A model generated the notes under the pieces. It saw only the letters and a list, made by a program, of their open reading frames with translations. It did not search any database and was not told the origin of the DNA. The position numbers were made by a program, and so were the translations under genes. A stretch of DNA of 64,000 nt from assembly GCF_963853765.1 (NCBI RefSeq), contig NC_088859.1, positions 39,122,001 to 39,186,000 on the forward strand, read 5' to 3'. The stretch is from Magallana gigas. Its lineage: Eukaryota. Positions 62,821-64,000 of the stretch are shown piece after piece (the first letter of the stretch is position 1; every line of letters starts with the position of its first letter).

Positions 62821-63290
62821 ATGTTTTCTTGTGACGTTCTACGATTTTGGCCACGGGAACAACTTATTCGGAAATTCTTTGCTGCATCTTTGTTACTGCT
62901 TATGTTATTTTCGATTTTTCTTTTCGGGATTTTAATATCGGAGAATGAAAGATTTTCCAAAGAAATTGAAGGAAATAGAGAAACCAATCAAGAACCTTAT
63001 ATTGGAACTAAAGCAAAACCGCGCTCTTTGCATCAATCTGATATACCACAGGAAGACAGTGACATTTTCTATGTCGACAATGAACCAAAAAATGTCGTAG
63101 CAGACGACCAGTTGCAAATCGTGACGTCACACCCGGTGAAAAAGTTACCGAACGTGTTGATCATTGGTGTCAAGAAGTCCGGAACAAAAGCACTCGTAGA
63201 ATTTCTAAAAATACACCCAGATGTCAGTGCGCCAGCAAACGAAATCCATTATTTCAGCAGGAATTTTCATAAAGGCCTTGACTGGTATAG
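62821..63290 (+). CDS. HS3ST: Heparan sulfate glucosamine 3-O-sulfotransferase, first coding exon (gene continues beyond the window)
   Basis: Type II membrane anchor, then [42 protein letters not shown]|GTGAG. The intron after WYR is at the position known from the HS3ST2/3/4/6 group. ATG at 62821 is inferred. Confidence 0.9.
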
Positions 63291-64000
63291 GTGAGCTCTT
63301 TACGAATAATGTGTTTATAGAACAAATAAGATTTATTTAACCACAAGAAGCTCTGTATTTGATTATATGATGCAGTGAATGGGTTAGAACGATTGCGTAC
63401 AATTGTGTCCATTGATTGATGACATTTTCGCCAAGCTGCGACGTACTAACTTGTACGTACAAGATACGTAGTCGAGATAATGATGAGATACTTCATCGCA
63501 CGAACGGGATACTTAGTTCTACTTCCGAGATACTAGTAATGAGTCATAATTACTAGAAACGAAGTCATTTGTTCTATATACGGAGTCCGAACGAAATAAT
63601 TACGTAGTTATTACGAAATTTGTCATATGTAACGACAAATCAAGTGGTTCAAACCACTTAGAAAATGACCATGGACGAGGTATTATTCTATACGTCATAA
63701 TATTTCGTCCGTGCCACTAAGTATTCAGTAAACGACATACATGTGTATATAATATCAATAGGGTAGCCACACGTTTCCATAGTTTTGCATAAATACTTGA
63801 CGTGATAAGTGATTATAGAATAGAGATATATTAATTAACGTAGGAATATTGTATATATAGTTATTTGGATGTGAATGTTGGGTTTTTTCGTTTTGTTTTT
63901 GTTTTGTTTTGTTTTTTTGCTAGATACATATATATTTCTTACTCGAAAATCTCTTTAGAATAGGGCATGCCAACAGAAAACAACTGAAATTAATTATAAA

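Overview
AT-rich, intron-containing eukaryotic DNA. It is most consistent with a bivalve, probably an oyster; this is inferred from the expanded coiled-coil C1q-domain genes and oyster-style non-autonomous repeats, not from a database search. Gene order: (1) 1.2-11.1 kb, a tandem cluster of secreted C1q-domain-containing (C1qDC) genes, three intact and one pseudogene, with a stranded dead copy of the METTL7 last exon among them; (2) METTL7/TMT1-type methyltransferase (-) head-to-head with ACOT13 (+), their start codons only 76 bp apart; (3) a short ADAMTS-like M12B metalloprotease (-, 11 exons traced, signal-peptide exon not found); (4) about 27 kb with no gene I can support, rich in MITEs, TTAA (Kolobok-like) elements, Helitron-associated repeats and long-hairpin elements; (5) NSMCE1 (-) head-to-head with DDX24 (+, 17 exons); (6) a two-exon, 147-aa secreted protein that I cannot assign to a family (-), head-to-head with the first coding exon of an HS3ST (+). 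The most notable item is a 366-bp miniature LTR retroelement (TRIM) in the METTL7 intron whose two 133-bp LTRs each carry a tRNA-like Pol III promoter. Other notable items are patchwork sequence exchange among the C1qDC paralogs, a minisatellite that multiplies a splice donor and offers an in-frame alternative, and several element families sharing a one-ended long-hairpin architecture. All exon structures and mismatch counts were derived by hand.
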